Shown here: in pieces, positions 20,538-30,035 of the stretch
Numbering within the stretch: position 1 is the stretch's first letter
Layout of the letters: each line of letters opens with the position of its first letter
Assembly: GCA_963708185.1 (NCBI GenBank)
Contig: OY970195.1
Location: 288,001-352,000, forward strand
DNA length: 64,000 nucleotides
Reading direction: 5' to 3'
From: Candidatus Peregrinibacteria bacterium
GTDB taxonomy: Bacteria; Patescibacteriota; Gracilibacteria; UBA1369
Notes under the pieces: generated by a model
What the model saw: the letters and a program-made list of their open reading frames with translations, nothing else
The model's database searches: none
What the model was told of the DNA's origin: nothing
Program-made: the position numbers and the translations under genes

Positions 20538-21335
20538 TTAAGGGGATGAGGTTGTTTCCTGCTTTGAAGGTTCCTTTTTCTTCCTGTCGCGGAGATAAAA
20601 TAACGTACCTGCGGCGATCAATGCAATGATACAAAAAATCTGGGCTTCACGCAGGCCGAGCAAGTAATTGCTTTCGTCTCCGCGTAAGAACTCTTCGAGA
20701 AAATGGAAAATAGCATAGACCGATGCCCCGGCCAGCGTGATGTTGCCTTCTTTTTTCCCGAAGGGGCTGTTTCTGAGGTTCCAAAGCACGATCGTTATTC
20801 CCAGGGTATAGATCACGGCGTAAATCTGCGTCGGGTGAATGGGGACGGCAAATCGTGAATTTTCGATGATGATGCCCCAGGGGAGATCGGTAGGGTTGCC
20901 GTAGTTGCTGCCGTCGAGAAATGTACCAAGATTCCCAAAAACAAGACCTCCCATGATCCCGATGGTCGTGATATCGAACCACTTCCAGACGTTTTCTTTG
21001 CCTTTCCAGCAAAAATAACCAAGCGTCAGCGCCAATCCGAGCAAGCCTCCCCAGAAGGAGAGTCCCTTGTCCCAGATGAAGAGAATCTGGAGCATGTGTT
21101 CCAGATCGATCTTGCTGAAGTACACCATGAAGTTTTCAGCCACGAAGGTTATTCTCGCGACGAGTATCGCCCCGAAAAGAATGGCCAGGCTGTGTTCAGC
21201 CAGAAAGTTTAAACGGGGACGGTCCTTCTGAAGGATTTTATAGATGATAAGGAAAGAGACGAAGAACCCGATTGCCACGCAAACCCACAATGCATAGATC
21301 GTAATCGGTCCAAGTTGAACAAGAATCGGATACAT
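20538..21335 (-). CDS. lgt: Prolipoprotein diacylglyceryl transferase
   Basis: MYPIL..LGP, GLSFWGG, YGNPTDLPWG, HPTQIY and EFLRGD. Confidence 0.92.
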   Translation of the reverse strand: MYPILVQLGPITIYALWVCVAIGFFVSFLIIYKILQKDRPRLNFLAEHSLAILFGAILVARITFVAENFMVYFSKIDLEHMLQILFIWDKGLSFWGGLLGLALTLGYFCWKGKENVWKWFDITTIGIMGGLVFGNLGTFLDGSNYGNPTDLPWGIIIENSRFAVPIHPTQIYAVIYTLGITIVLWNLRNSPFGKKEGNITLAGASVYAIFHFLEEFLRGDESNYLLGLREAQIFCIIALIAAGTLFYLRDRKKKEPSKQETTSSP

Positions 21336-21359
21336 AAATTGAGATGGGAATTCGAAAGG

Positions 21360-21388
21360 ATTGTACCCAACTTGAACTCTCTAAACAA
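21360..21388 (-). promoter_or_regulatory. Probable promoter for lgt
   Basis: Minus strand TTGTTT-17 nt-TACAAT. Confidence 0.5.
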
Positions 21389-21399
21389 GCCGTGATGTC

Positions 21400-22794
21400 C
21401 TAGAAATTCAAGAGAATGACCGCGGTTGCCAGAAGGAAAAACGGCGTGATGACCAGCGTCGCAACGTCGTTGCGGCGGAAGAAGTTTATTTTTACGCTCA
21501 ACGCCGAATGGAAGAGGAAAAGCGTCGTCAGGAAATATTTCAGGAAGTTGGTTTTGTAAACGGGAAACGTCCCGGAAAAGGGGAGCGCTCCGAGGTCTTT
21601 TGTGTTGAGGTAGATTGACGCGAAATAGTAGATGAGATAGAACGCCAGCAGCCACCCCGTAAAATTGAGCAGCTCCTGTGAGAACGCTTCGAATTGGGTA
21701 ACTTCGCCGCTTTTTTTATATTCTTCTCGTAAACGTTTTTTGGCTTCTTTCAACTGCATTTTGAGTTTTTTCTTATCCTGGGCGAGCTTCTTGCGACTGG
21801 TCATCGCTTCTTTTTTGTATTCAGGAGTTGTCGCCTGAAAGTAGATGACCCAGTATTGCCTGATTTGCTGATCGATGATGGCTATGTTGTGCTGGATTTC
21901 CCGTATCTCATCGTTTTCGGGGGTAAATCCGATGACGACCCCTACAAAAAAGTTGAGGAATTTTTCGAATGCTGAGGGATGTTTGTTTTCAAGAATATGC
22001 TCCTTCCTCCACCTGGAAAGTGTTTCGGTCACGCTCAGACTGGATTTGCTCTTGCTGCTGTGGAGCTGCATCATCATGCTTTTTGCCTGGAGGATCATCT
22101 GGGTACGTTCTTTCATGTTCGCTTCTTCATGAAGAAACAGCTCTTCTTTTTGGAGATACGTTAAAAGTTCTTCGCATGTTTTGCGGATATAATCGAGATT
22201 GGTACTGCTTTTGATGCGCAGGATCTTGTCGACGTATTTGCGGATTTCTTCCTTGGTTTCCGGTTTCATCTGTTTTTCATACTCGTCGAGCATGTCCTTG
22301 ACCTTTTTGAGCACGAATTCGACCTGGGCCTTCAAAACGTCCTGTTTTTGTTCGAACTCCTTGAGATCCAGTTTTTCTCCCGTCATCTTTTTCGCCAGCT
22401 CCTGGGCTTCCTCGTCGACGCGGTTTTGGAGCTCGAAAACCCCTTTGGCTTTTTCGTCGGCTTTCTGGTCTTCGGGAAGGCTTTTGTCCACAAGGTATTC
22501 CACTTCGAAGGCGTATTCGCTGATAAGCCTTTTATAGGCGCTGTAACGGTCTTCCGACTGGATGGTTCCGACAATATGCTTCTGGTTTTTATCGATGGCG
22601 GCGAACTCAAAAGTCGGAAGAGCCTGGCCCTGTTGGGCTTCGGTCTCTCCGTTTTCCGGAATTTCCGTAATGCCGATCACGGAAAAACCGAGCTGGTTCA
22701 GTTCCGCCCTGGCGCTTTTTTCGTCGGGAGCGCTGATTGTTCCGCTGAGTGGTTTGTTTTCCTGATTTACAACGTTATAGTTGTATTTTGGCAT
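21400..22794 (-). CDS. Membrane protein with two PilC/GspF-like N-terminal modules, coiled coil and C-terminal TM helices
   Basis: MPKYNYNVVN..GTISAPDEKSARAEL and LPTFEFAAID..GTIQSEDRYSAYKRL; E/K-rich helical middle; about 3 C-terminal TMs. Confidence 0.8.
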   Translation of the reverse strand: MPKYNYNVVNQENKPLSGTISAPDEKSARAELNQLGFSVIGITEIPENGETEAQQGQALPTFEFAAIDKNQKHIVGTIQSEDRYSAYKRLISEYAFEVEYLVDKSLPEDQKADEKAKGVFELQNRVDEEAQELAKKMTGEKLDLKEFEQKQDVLKAQVEFVLKKVKDMLDEYEKQMKPETKEEIRKYVDKILRIKSSTNLDYIRKTCEELLTYLQKEELFLHEEANMKERTQMILQAKSMMMQLHSSKSKSSLSVTETLSRWRKEHILENKHPSAFEKFLNFFVGVVIGFTPENDEIREIQHNIAIIDQQIRQYWVIYFQATTPEYKKEAMTSRKKLAQDKKKLKMQLKEAKKRLREEYKKSGEVTQFEAFSQELLNFTGWLLAFYLIYYFASIYLNTKDLGALPFSGTFPVYKTNFLKYFLTTLFLFHSALSVKINFFRRNDVATLVITPFFLLATAVILLNF

Positions 22795-22849
22795 TTCGGA
22801 CGTGTAATGCTTTTCTTTCTTTTATTTTACCAGAAAAATGCACTTTTGG

Positions 22850-24484
22850 CTATTTCCTTGAGCGTGTCCGTTTTGAGCTGGCCTCGATCAAGCCTTTGAA
22901 TAATGGATGCGGGTGGTTCGGTCTGGAGAGGAATTCCGGGTGGAACTGGCAGCCGATCATGAAAGGATGACCCTTGAGTTCGACGATTTCGACGAGGTTG
23001 CCTTCCGTAAATATCCCGGCGGTCAGGAGTCCGTCTTTTTCAAATTTTTTGCGGAAGTCGTTATTGTATTCGTAACGGTGACGGTGGCGTTCATGGATGG
23101 TCTCTTTTTTGTAGAGGGCGTAGGTTTTTGTGCCCTTGGTCAGTTTGCAGGGATAGGTTCCGAGTCTCAGCGTCCCCCCTTTGTCGCGTTCTTTATATTG
23201 ACCCGGCATAAAGTGGATGACGTAAAAATCGGGACTTAATTTATTGTGCTCGTCGAACTCTTCCGAGGTGAAGCGTTCATCCTGAAAGACGTGACGGGCG
23301 TATTCGATCGTCTGTATCTGCATGCCCAGGCACAGTCCCAGATACGGAATTTTGTTTTCTCGGCAGTATTTCGCCGCCATGATCATGCCTTCGGTTCCTC
23401 TGATGCCGAAACCGCCCGGAACGATCACTCCGTGGGCGCTCTTGAGTTCGTCCCAGGTTTTCTTGTCGTTTTTCTCGAGTTTTTCTGAGTCGATCCAGAT
23501 GAGATCAAGATCTTTTTTCTGGTGATAGCAGGCTATTTTGAGTGATTCGATTACGCTCAGGTATGAGTCGTCCAGTCCGGTGTATTTCCCGACGAGGGCG
23601 ATGGTGAGTTTTTCTCTTTTTGCTTTGATTTTCCTGTTGAGTTCGATCCAGTCCTTGAGGTTCGGTTTGATTTTTCCGAGATGGAGTTTTTTGGCGATAA
23701 GTTCGGCAAGATGGTGTTCCTGGAATTTGAGCGGAACTTCGTAAATGGAAGGAACGGTCGGAGCCGGAACGACGCAGTCCTCATCGACGTCGCAGAACAA
23801 AGCGATTTTTTTGAGTAAATCTTTGGTAATGGGATGATCCGCGCGCGCCAGGATGAAGTCAGGCTGAATACCTGTTGCGCGAAGTTCGCGGACCGAAGCC
23901 TGCGTCGGCTTGGTTTTCAGTTCTTTTGAGCCCGCAAGGTAGGGGAGCAGTGTCAGATGCACAAACAAGGTATTAGTGTGTCCAAGTTCATGACGGAGCT
24001 GGCGCAGCGATTCAAGAAACGGCAGCCCTTCGATGTCTCCGGTGGTTCCACCGATTTCGATCAACACAAGGTCCGCGCCGCTTTGTTTGCCCGCGTCCTT
24101 GATGCGTTTTTTGATGGCGTTGGTGATGTGCGGAATAATCTGGATGGTCCCGCCCAGGTAGCTGCCTTTGCGCTCTTCGGCGATAACGTGCGAGTAAATT
24201 TTTCCCGTGGTAACCGAGGAAATTTCCGTCAGGTTTTCACCGACGAAACGTTCATAGTGTCCAAGATCGAGATCGGTTTCCGCCCCGTCGCTCAGGACGT
24301 AAACTTCACCGTGCTGAAAGGGATTCATAGTCCCGGGGTCCACGTTCAAATAAGGATCCAACTTTTGTGTGAAGACCTTAAATCCTGAAGCTTTGAGGAG
24401 AGCACCGATCGAGGCAGTTGCAATGCCCTTACCTAATGACGAACATACTCCGCCCGTGACGAAGATGTATTTGGTCTCCTTCAT
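22850..24484 (-). CDS. pyrG: CTP synthase
   Basis: TKYIFVTGGVCSSLGKG, KTKPTQ, GLCLGMQ, ERHRHRYE and QFHPEF. Confidence 0.99.
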   Translation of the reverse strand: MKETKYIFVTGGVCSSLGKGIATASIGALLKASGFKVFTQKLDPYLNVDPGTMNPFQHGEVYVLSDGAETDLDLGHYERFVGENLTEISSVTTGKIYSHVIAEERKGSYLGGTIQIIPHITNAIKKRIKDAGKQSGADLVLIEIGGTTGDIEGLPFLESLRQLRHELGHTNTLFVHLTLLPYLAGSKELKTKPTQASVRELRATGIQPDFILARADHPITKDLLKKIALFCDVDEDCVVPAPTVPSIYEVPLKFQEHHLAELIAKKLHLGKIKPNLKDWIELNRKIKAKREKLTIALVGKYTGLDDSYLSVIESLKIACYHQKKDLDLIWIDSEKLEKNDKKTWDELKSAHGVIVPGGFGIRGTEGMIMAAKYCRENKIPYLGLCLGMQIQTIEYARHVFQDERFTSEEFDEHNKLSPDFYVIHFMPGQYKERDKGGTLRLGTYPCKLTKGTKTYALYKKETIHERHRHRYEYNNDFRKKFEKDGLLTAGIFTEGNLVEIVELKGHPFMIGCQFHPEFLSRPNHPHPLFKGLIEASSKRTRSRK

Positions 24485-24518
24485 AGCTTATGGAGTCTGG
24501 CTCCAAGAAGTTAGATAA

Positions 24519-25502
24519 TCAGTTTTTTAAAGAAAGTCCTGTTTTTGCCCTTACGCCGGCCATTGTTTTGGTTGCTTCGGCTTGTGCTCTCTGGGCGCCT
24601 TTTTTCAATACTGATTTAACATAGCTTAAATCTTTTTGGAGTTCAAATCTTTTTTTTCTGGCGCCGCCGAAATAGTCCAAAAGTTTGGCCAGAAGAATTT
24701 TTTTTGCGTCTCCGTAGCCCATGCCTCCCTTTTTGTATTTTTCGGCGAGAGTTTTTTGTTCTGCCGGTGAGGCGAGATGGCAATAGAGTTTGTAGATCGC
24801 CGAAGCATCGGGGTCTTTCGGCGATTCAACCGGGGTCGAATCGGTTTTGATGCCCATGACCTGTTTTTTCAACGTCGCTTCATCGGCGAAGATTTCGATG
24901 ACGTTTCCGTAACTTTTGCTCATTTTGTGTTCGCCGTCAGTGCCGATGATGGTGGCCACATTTTCGGGGATGTACGGTTCCGGCATCTTGAAGGTCTCAC
25001 CGAAGGTGTCATTGAATTTTACCGCTATGTCGCGCGCGATTTCGATGTGCTGCTTCTGGTCTTTGCCGACCGGCACCAGATCAGGTTTATACATGAGGAT
25101 GTCGGCGGCCATGAGGACGGGGTAGATGAAAAGTCCGGCTGTTTTGTCCTTCATGCCTTTGGCGGTGGCGTCCTTGTAGGCGTGAGCTCTTTCCAGAAGG
25201 CCCATCGGGGTGATGCAGCTTAAAATCCACGCAAGTTCGCTGTGATCCGCAATGTCGCTCTGGCGGAAGAAAACGGTCTTTTCTGGATCAAGTCCCAACG
25301 CAAGATAGTCCATGGCCAGCTCCAAGGAAAGTTCATGCAGCTTTTTGGGGTCGCGGACGGTGGTCAGGGCATGGAGATCAGCGATGAAAATAAAGCAGTC
25401 GTACTGGTCCTGCATGGCGATGTGGTTTTTCATCGCGCCGAGATAGTTCCCCAGGTGGGGGTTCCCGCTTGGCTGGACTCCGGAAAGGATGCGTTTTCTC
25501 AT
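24519..25502 (-). CDS. trpS: Tryptophan--tRNA ligase
   Basis: SGVQPSG.PHLGNY, YPVLMAADIL, VPVGKDQ and KMSKS. Confidence 0.99.
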   Translation of the reverse strand: MRKRILSGVQPSGNPHLGNYLGAMKNHIAMQDQYDCFIFIADLHALTTVRDPKKLHELSLELAMDYLALGLDPEKTVFFRQSDIADHSELAWILSCITPMGLLERAHAYKDATAKGMKDKTAGLFIYPVLMAADILMYKPDLVPVGKDQKQHIEIARDIAVKFNDTFGETFKMPEPYIPENVATIIGTDGEHKMSKSYGNVIEIFADEATLKKQVMGIKTDSTPVESPKDPDASAIYKLYCHLASPAEQKTLAEKYKKGGMGYGDAKKILLAKLLDYFGGARKKRFELQKDLSYVKSVLKKGAQRAQAEATKTMAGVRAKTGLSLKN

Positions 25503-25555
25503 AAGTTCGGAATATAACGTTCAACAGTATATCAAATGTTGCCGACGGCAAAAAG

Positions 25556-27583
25556 CTAGCTGGAAGATATCGGGTCCACATCGATCCTGATCCCGATGTC
25601 GTTCCAGGCTTCCGGACTGTTTTTGTGCGCTCGTTTGAGCAGGAGGGAGGGATTGTTTCCGGTCAGCAGGATGTTCCAGCGGTATTTGTTTTGCAGTTTA
25701 TGGATGAACGCGGGATACATGGCCACGGTTGTCGGCATGTTGTTGAGTTCCGGCGACGTGTTTTCACGATTGAGGATTTCGAAAAGTTCTTTGGCCGTCT
25801 GGCGGGCTTTTTCGTCTTTGGCGTGAACGACGGTTATTTTGACAAGTTTACTGAAGGGAGGGTAATTGAAGGCCTTACGGATTTTCATCTCCTCTTCAAA
25901 AAATCCTTCGTAATCATGGGCCGCCGAAGCACGGATGGCGTAATGGTCGGGAAGATAAGTCTGGATGATGACTTCGCCCGTCGACCCCTGACGCCCGGCT
26001 CTCCCGGCGACCTGGGTGATGATTTGAAAGGTTCGTTCTGCACTGCGGAAGTCCGGTATGGTCAAGCTGAGATCGGCGAGGACGACGCCGACGAGATTCA
26101 CCTGGGGAAGATGCAACCCCTTGCCGATCATTTGCGTCCCAATGAGGATGTCGGCCTGGTGGTGTTTAAAAGCGTTGTAAATTTCGAGAAAGCTGTCGCG
26201 GTGGAGGATGGTGTCTCGATCGGCTCTGAGTATACGGGCCTTGGGGTAGTTTTGCATGGCAGTTTCTTGGATTTTTTGCGTCCCGAGGCCGATGTAACGA
26301 ATAAACGTGCTTCCGCATGCTGGACAGACTACTGGGACGTTTTTGATCTTTCCGCAGTGATGGCAGATCAGCCGTTCCGCCGGGAGGTTGATGTTTTCAA
26401 CGGAGAGGTGTTTATGGTAGGTCATGGCGACGTCGCATTGTTCGCACTTTTCAATATGTCCGCACTCGCGGCACAGCACTGCCGATGCAGCCCCTCGACG
26501 GTTTAGAAATAAGATAATCTGTTCGTGCTGTTCAATTTTTTTATTCATTGTTTCCGTGAGAGTGTCACTGAAGATGGAGTAGTTTTTTTTCTTCATTTCA
26601 TCACGAAGATCGACGATGGTTACCCGGGGAAGGGACGTGGGGCCTGAGTGCTGGATGCGCTGTTTCAGTTCGACCAGTTCATAGTTCCCGAGCTTGGCCT
26701 GATAATAGCTTTCAAATGATGGTGTCGCGCTGCCAAGGATAACCTTGATGTCGAGAAGTTTTGCCATTTGCTGGGCGACCTCCGTGGCGTGGTAACGGGG
26801 TGACTGGTCCTGTTTATAGGAAGGTTCGTGCTCTTCGTCGAGAATCACCGCTCCGAGGTTTTGAAACGGTGCAAAAAGTGCCGATCGGGACCCGATGATG
26901 ATCTTGGTTTCCCCGTGGAAGATACGGTACCAGTAGTCTTCTTTCTGTTTGGAGGTCAGCTGGCTGTGGAGGATGGCGATATTGTCTCCGAACTCTTGTT
27001 GGAAGTTATGGAATGTCTGAGGGGTCAGCGTGATTTCAGGAACGAGAATGAGTATCTGCCGGTCCTTTTTGAGTGCGTTTTCAGCAATGCGTCGGTAGAT
27101 TTCGGTTTTGCCCGAACCCGTGATGCCGTGGAGGAGAATCGTCTGTTTTTCGGTTTTGAAGATAGAATCGACCGCGTTTTCCTGATCTTTGGTCAGGGTA
27201 AGTTTTTTGTGGGTTTCAACCTCGGTTTCTTCCAGAGGGATCCACTCGTGAAGTTTCTTTTTCTTGGTGATGCTTGCCGGGAAAAAGAGCTTCAGGACCT
27301 TGTATGGAGGGCAAAAATAGTAATCGCTCATCCAAAAAAGCAGTTTCACCTGCCAGGGGCGAAGGTGAGGTGCTTTGGCGGCGATATCGAGGATTTCTTT
27401 GGTTTGGTAGCTCGGTTCGTGATCGTGGAATTTCGCAATGATGCCGCGAGTTTTACGGTTTCTCAGTTGGATTTCGACGATACTGCCAAGATCCACGCTC
27501 GAGCTGAGGGATTCTGGAATTTTGTAAGTCAAAGTGTCCTTGTCTTTTCCTACTTTTTGATCGAGGAGGACTTCTGCGTACAT
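25556..27583 (-). CDS. priA: Primosomal protein N'
   Basis: GITGSGKTEIY, DEEHE, GSATPS, LFLNRRG, Cys clusters and QVAGRAGR. Start placed at 27583 because the upstream promoter overlaps 27613. Confidence 0.97.
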   Translation of the reverse strand: MYAEVLLDQKVGKDKDTLTYKIPESLSSSVDLGSIVEIQLRNRKTRGIIAKFHDHEPSYQTKEILDIAAKAPHLRPWQVKLLFWMSDYYFCPPYKVLKLFFPASITKKKKLHEWIPLEETEVETHKKLTLTKDQENAVDSIFKTEKQTILLHGITGSGKTEIYRRIAENALKKDRQILILVPEITLTPQTFHNFQQEFGDNIAILHSQLTSKQKEDYWYRIFHGETKIIIGSRSALFAPFQNLGAVILDEEHEPSYKQDQSPRYHATEVAQQMAKLLDIKVILGSATPSFESYYQAKLGNYELVELKQRIQHSGPTSLPRVTIVDLRDEMKKKNYSIFSDTLTETMNKKIEQHEQIILFLNRRGAASAVLCRECGHIEKCEQCDVAMTYHKHLSVENINLPAERLICHHCGKIKNVPVVCPACGSTFIRYIGLGTQKIQETAMQNYPKARILRADRDTILHRDSFLEIYNAFKHHQADILIGTQMIGKGLHLPQVNLVGVVLADLSLTIPDFRSAERTFQIITQVAGRAGRQGSTGEVIIQTYLPDHYAIRASAAHDYEGFFEEEMKIRKAFNYPPFSKLVKITVVHAKDEKARQTAKELFEILNRENTSPELNNMPTTVAMYPAFIHKLQNKYRWNILLTGNNPSLLLKRAHKNSPEAWNDIGIRIDVDPISSS

Positions 27584-27611
27584 GGAATTTTCTTTATAAA
27601 TGAGTGGTTTC

Positions 27612-27639
27612 ACTATAGGTTTCGACGTGGAAAAGTCAA
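27612..27639 (-). promoter_or_regulatory. Probable promoter for priA
   Basis: Minus strand TTGACT-16 nt-TATAGT. Confidence 0.55.
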
Positions 27640-27674
27640 TAAAGCTGGTAAAAAATTTACGTTTCGGTTAATAC

Positions 27675-27702
27675 TTGACAAATTGTTTAAAATATGTAAA
27701 AT
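27675..27702 (+). promoter_or_regulatory. Probable promoter for the 27727 ORF
   Basis: TTGACA-16 nt-TAAAAT. Confidence 0.55.
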
Positions 27703-27726
27703 AAACATCCTTTGTTTTATCAACCT

Positions 27727-28311
27727 ATGATGCGATTTGACCAGTATTCAACCGAAGAACAGGCTCTCAAGGCTATGATCGTGGAACGGCTTGAAGGGAA
27801 GGAAGAACGTCTCTTAAAGATGTTTATTCAACACGGACCTGAAGCCCTGCGCGAGAACCTTAACGTGCCAAATGATTTTGTCTGGACGGTTGTTTTTGAT
27901 CATCTGGTCTTTAACCTGGATGTCCTGAAACGCTGCGTTGAAATATTTTTCCCGTTTTTCCAGGAGTACGTTTTGAAAAACGGCCCCCAGGCTTTGCGTG
28001 AACTTTTCGGTATTCAGGATGCCCGTTATGATGGCGTTTTCGAGAAGCTCGTCGATGATCTTATTATCGCCCGTGGTCTTTTGTTTGAACACGTTCACCG
28101 TCACGTTAACGCTTACTTAAAAGCTTTGAAAGAAGGGCGGGGGAGCGATATTCGTTTCCAGCTCGGCCTGGCCAATGAAAAATACCAGCCTTTGTGGGAA
28201 GAGGTCGTCGATTTTCTTTTGGACGCCTTCACGCGTGAAAAGGTTACATCAAAACAGAAGGAGGAAACCCAAACCTTGCTTAATTTATTGCAATCCCTTC
28301 TTTCAGAGTAA
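27727..28311 (+). CDS. Hypothetical helical protein with three internal repeats
   Basis: GPEALRENLNV, GPQALRELFGI and RGSDIRFQLGL repeats; has its own promoter. Confidence 0.8.
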   Translation: MMRFDQYSTEEQALKAMIVERLEGKEERLLKMFIQHGPEALRENLNVPNDFVWTVVFDHLVFNLDVLKRCVEIFFPFFQEYVLKNGPQALRELFGIQDARYDGVFEKLVDDLIIARGLLFEHVHRHVNAYLKALKEGRGSDIRFQLGLANEKYQPLWEEVVDFLLDAFTREKVTSKQKEETQTLLNLLQSLLSE

Positions 28312-28600
28312 TCTGGAAGTAGAAATCCTTGGTCGAACCGTCGTTATGGATGATGTGGACGTGGTAAGCCACTTTGCGGTCCGGAAGGAATTTATATTTG
28401 CAGATATCGATGACCTGGGTGTCTTTCCCCAGACGTTCTTCATTCAGGTGGTTGTCGCTGTCGTCGCGTTCGCTGCGTTCAATGGCTTCGTACTGTTTTT
28501 TTGACAGGTTTTCCCAGTCTGAAGACCGGTCCGTGTAAATGTTTTTCAGTTCTTTCCAGTACTCTTTGATGCTGTCGGCGTTGATATATTCTCCTGCCAT
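28280..28600 (-). CDS. Hypothetical protein (106 aa)
   Basis: ATG-initiated ORF with natural composition that fills the gap; short convergent overlap with the previous gene. Confidence 0.7.
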   Translation of the reverse strand: MAGEYINADSIKEYWKELKNIYTDRSSDWENLSKKQYEAIERSERDDSDNHLNEERLGKDTQVIDICKYKFLPDRKVAYHVHIIHNDGSTKDFYFQITLKEGIAIN

Positions 28601-28663
28601 AATGCGAAAAGGTTAGTTTGTTGAATGATGCCTTCCGGAGGCCGGCTTGTCAAAATTTTGGCG

Positions 28664-29847
28664 TCAATGTTTGTATTTTTCAAATACGCTGCGTACTCCA
28701 AAAAAAACGAACGTTTTGCTCAGGAACAGCCGGCTGAACATCAGTTTCGTGACGAGGGTCCTGAACCAGGGCCGGGATTTTTGTGTCGGTACGAATATTT
28801 TGGCCAGTCTTGCCGCTTCTTTTTGTTTTTTCACCACAAAGGGTTTGAGGAATTTTTCGTAGGCACTGAAGGCTTTTTCGAAGTCCCCGTGATGTTTTTT
28901 CAGCTCGTTGCTTATGACGTAAGCTCCGGTCATGGCCATGTGGGATCCCTGCCCCGCAAGGAGAGTGAGACAGCCGCAGGCGTCTCCGATGAGGGCCACA
29001 CGACCTTTATGCCATGACGGGGTGACGATCTGGGTGACAGAATCAAAAAATACCGGTTCGTTTTTTGGGAAATCTTTGAGGACTTTTTCGGCGATCCAGC
29101 CCGCTCCCTTGAACTGTCTTTTAATGAAGTCGAGTCTTTTATCGGGAGGTACGTAGCCGACATCTTTGTGCCGGAAGACGAGCGTCGCGTCCATGCGGTG
29201 TTTGTCCAAAGGATAAAAAGCGGCGACACGGTCTTTTTCCTCATAGAGTTTAAAAGATCTGCCGAGATCGTAGTTATGGTTCTCAAGATGAAACGCGGCG
29301 ACGTAATATCCCAGGAAACGGTCAAACTGCTTCTCTGGTCCAAAAAGCAGTTCTCGGATTCTGGAATGGATGCCGTCGGCTCCAAAAACCAGTGCAAAGC
29401 TGTGTTTCGTCCCGTCGTTGAAGACGACGTCGACATTATCGTCGTTTTGATGAAGTTTTTCGACGGTGGTACCGAAACGGATCTTCACGTCCTCTTTGAG
29501 GGCTCTATCATAAAGAATCCTTTCGAGGTCGGATCTGCGCAGAAAGGTATAACAATTTTTGAGGGCGTAACGAACCCGGTCGATGGGGATCTTGGCGAAT
29601 CTTTCAGCCCATCCTTGTCCACGAATTCCAGATAGTCGATGGGATAGTGAATTTTCTTGATATCGTCCAGCAGGCCCATTTTTTTTGCCGTGTCCCAGCC
29701 GCTGCCGAAGAAATCCATCATGTAGCCTTCGGTCCTCATACGGGGCGTTTTTTCGATGATGAGGGGGTCCCATCCCTGCTCCTTGAGCAGGATCCCGAGC
29801 GAAAGTCCGGCGATGCCGCCTCCCGATATCAATACTTTTTTTTCCAT
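28664..29847 (-). CDS. FAD-dependent monooxygenase/oxidoreductase (FAD_binding_3); apparent 1-nt frameshift near 29602-29610
   Basis: Rossmann VLISGGGIAGL in ORF 29485-29847; GADGIHSRIR and VALIGDA..LAGQGSHMA in ORF 28664-29773. The two frames join after VDKDG. Confidence 0.88.
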
Positions 29848-29868
29848 GGTGATGTTTTTTTATTTAAA

Positions 29869-29945
29869 TGGTGCGCCAAGAGGGATTCGAACCCCCGACA
29901 CCCAGTTCCGAAGACTGGTGCTCTATCCAGCTGAGCTATTGGCGC
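29869..29945 (-). tRNA. tRNA-Arg (anticodon UCG)
   Basis: Reverse complement GCGCCAATAGCTCAGCTGGATAGAGCACCAGTCTTCGGAACTGGGTGTCGGGGGTTCGAATCCCTCTTGGCGCACCA forms a cloverleaf with anticodon stem CCAGT/ACTGG, loop CT-TCG-GA and encoded CCA. Confidence 0.96.
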
Positions 29946-29976
29946 TCGGCTCTTTTTATTATACATCAGTTCTTTT

Positions 29977-30015
29977 AAAAAATCCCGCTGGAACCCTGGG
30001 GTGCAGCGGGATTTT
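29977..30015 (-). terminator. Rho-independent terminator after secDF
   Basis: AAAATCCCGCTG / CAGCGGGATTTT inverted repeat ending in a T6 tract on the minus strand. A TATAAT (29958-29963, minus) for the tRNA lies just downstream. Confidence 0.8.
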
Positions 30016-30035
30016 GCTTCAAGATCAAAGGGTGA

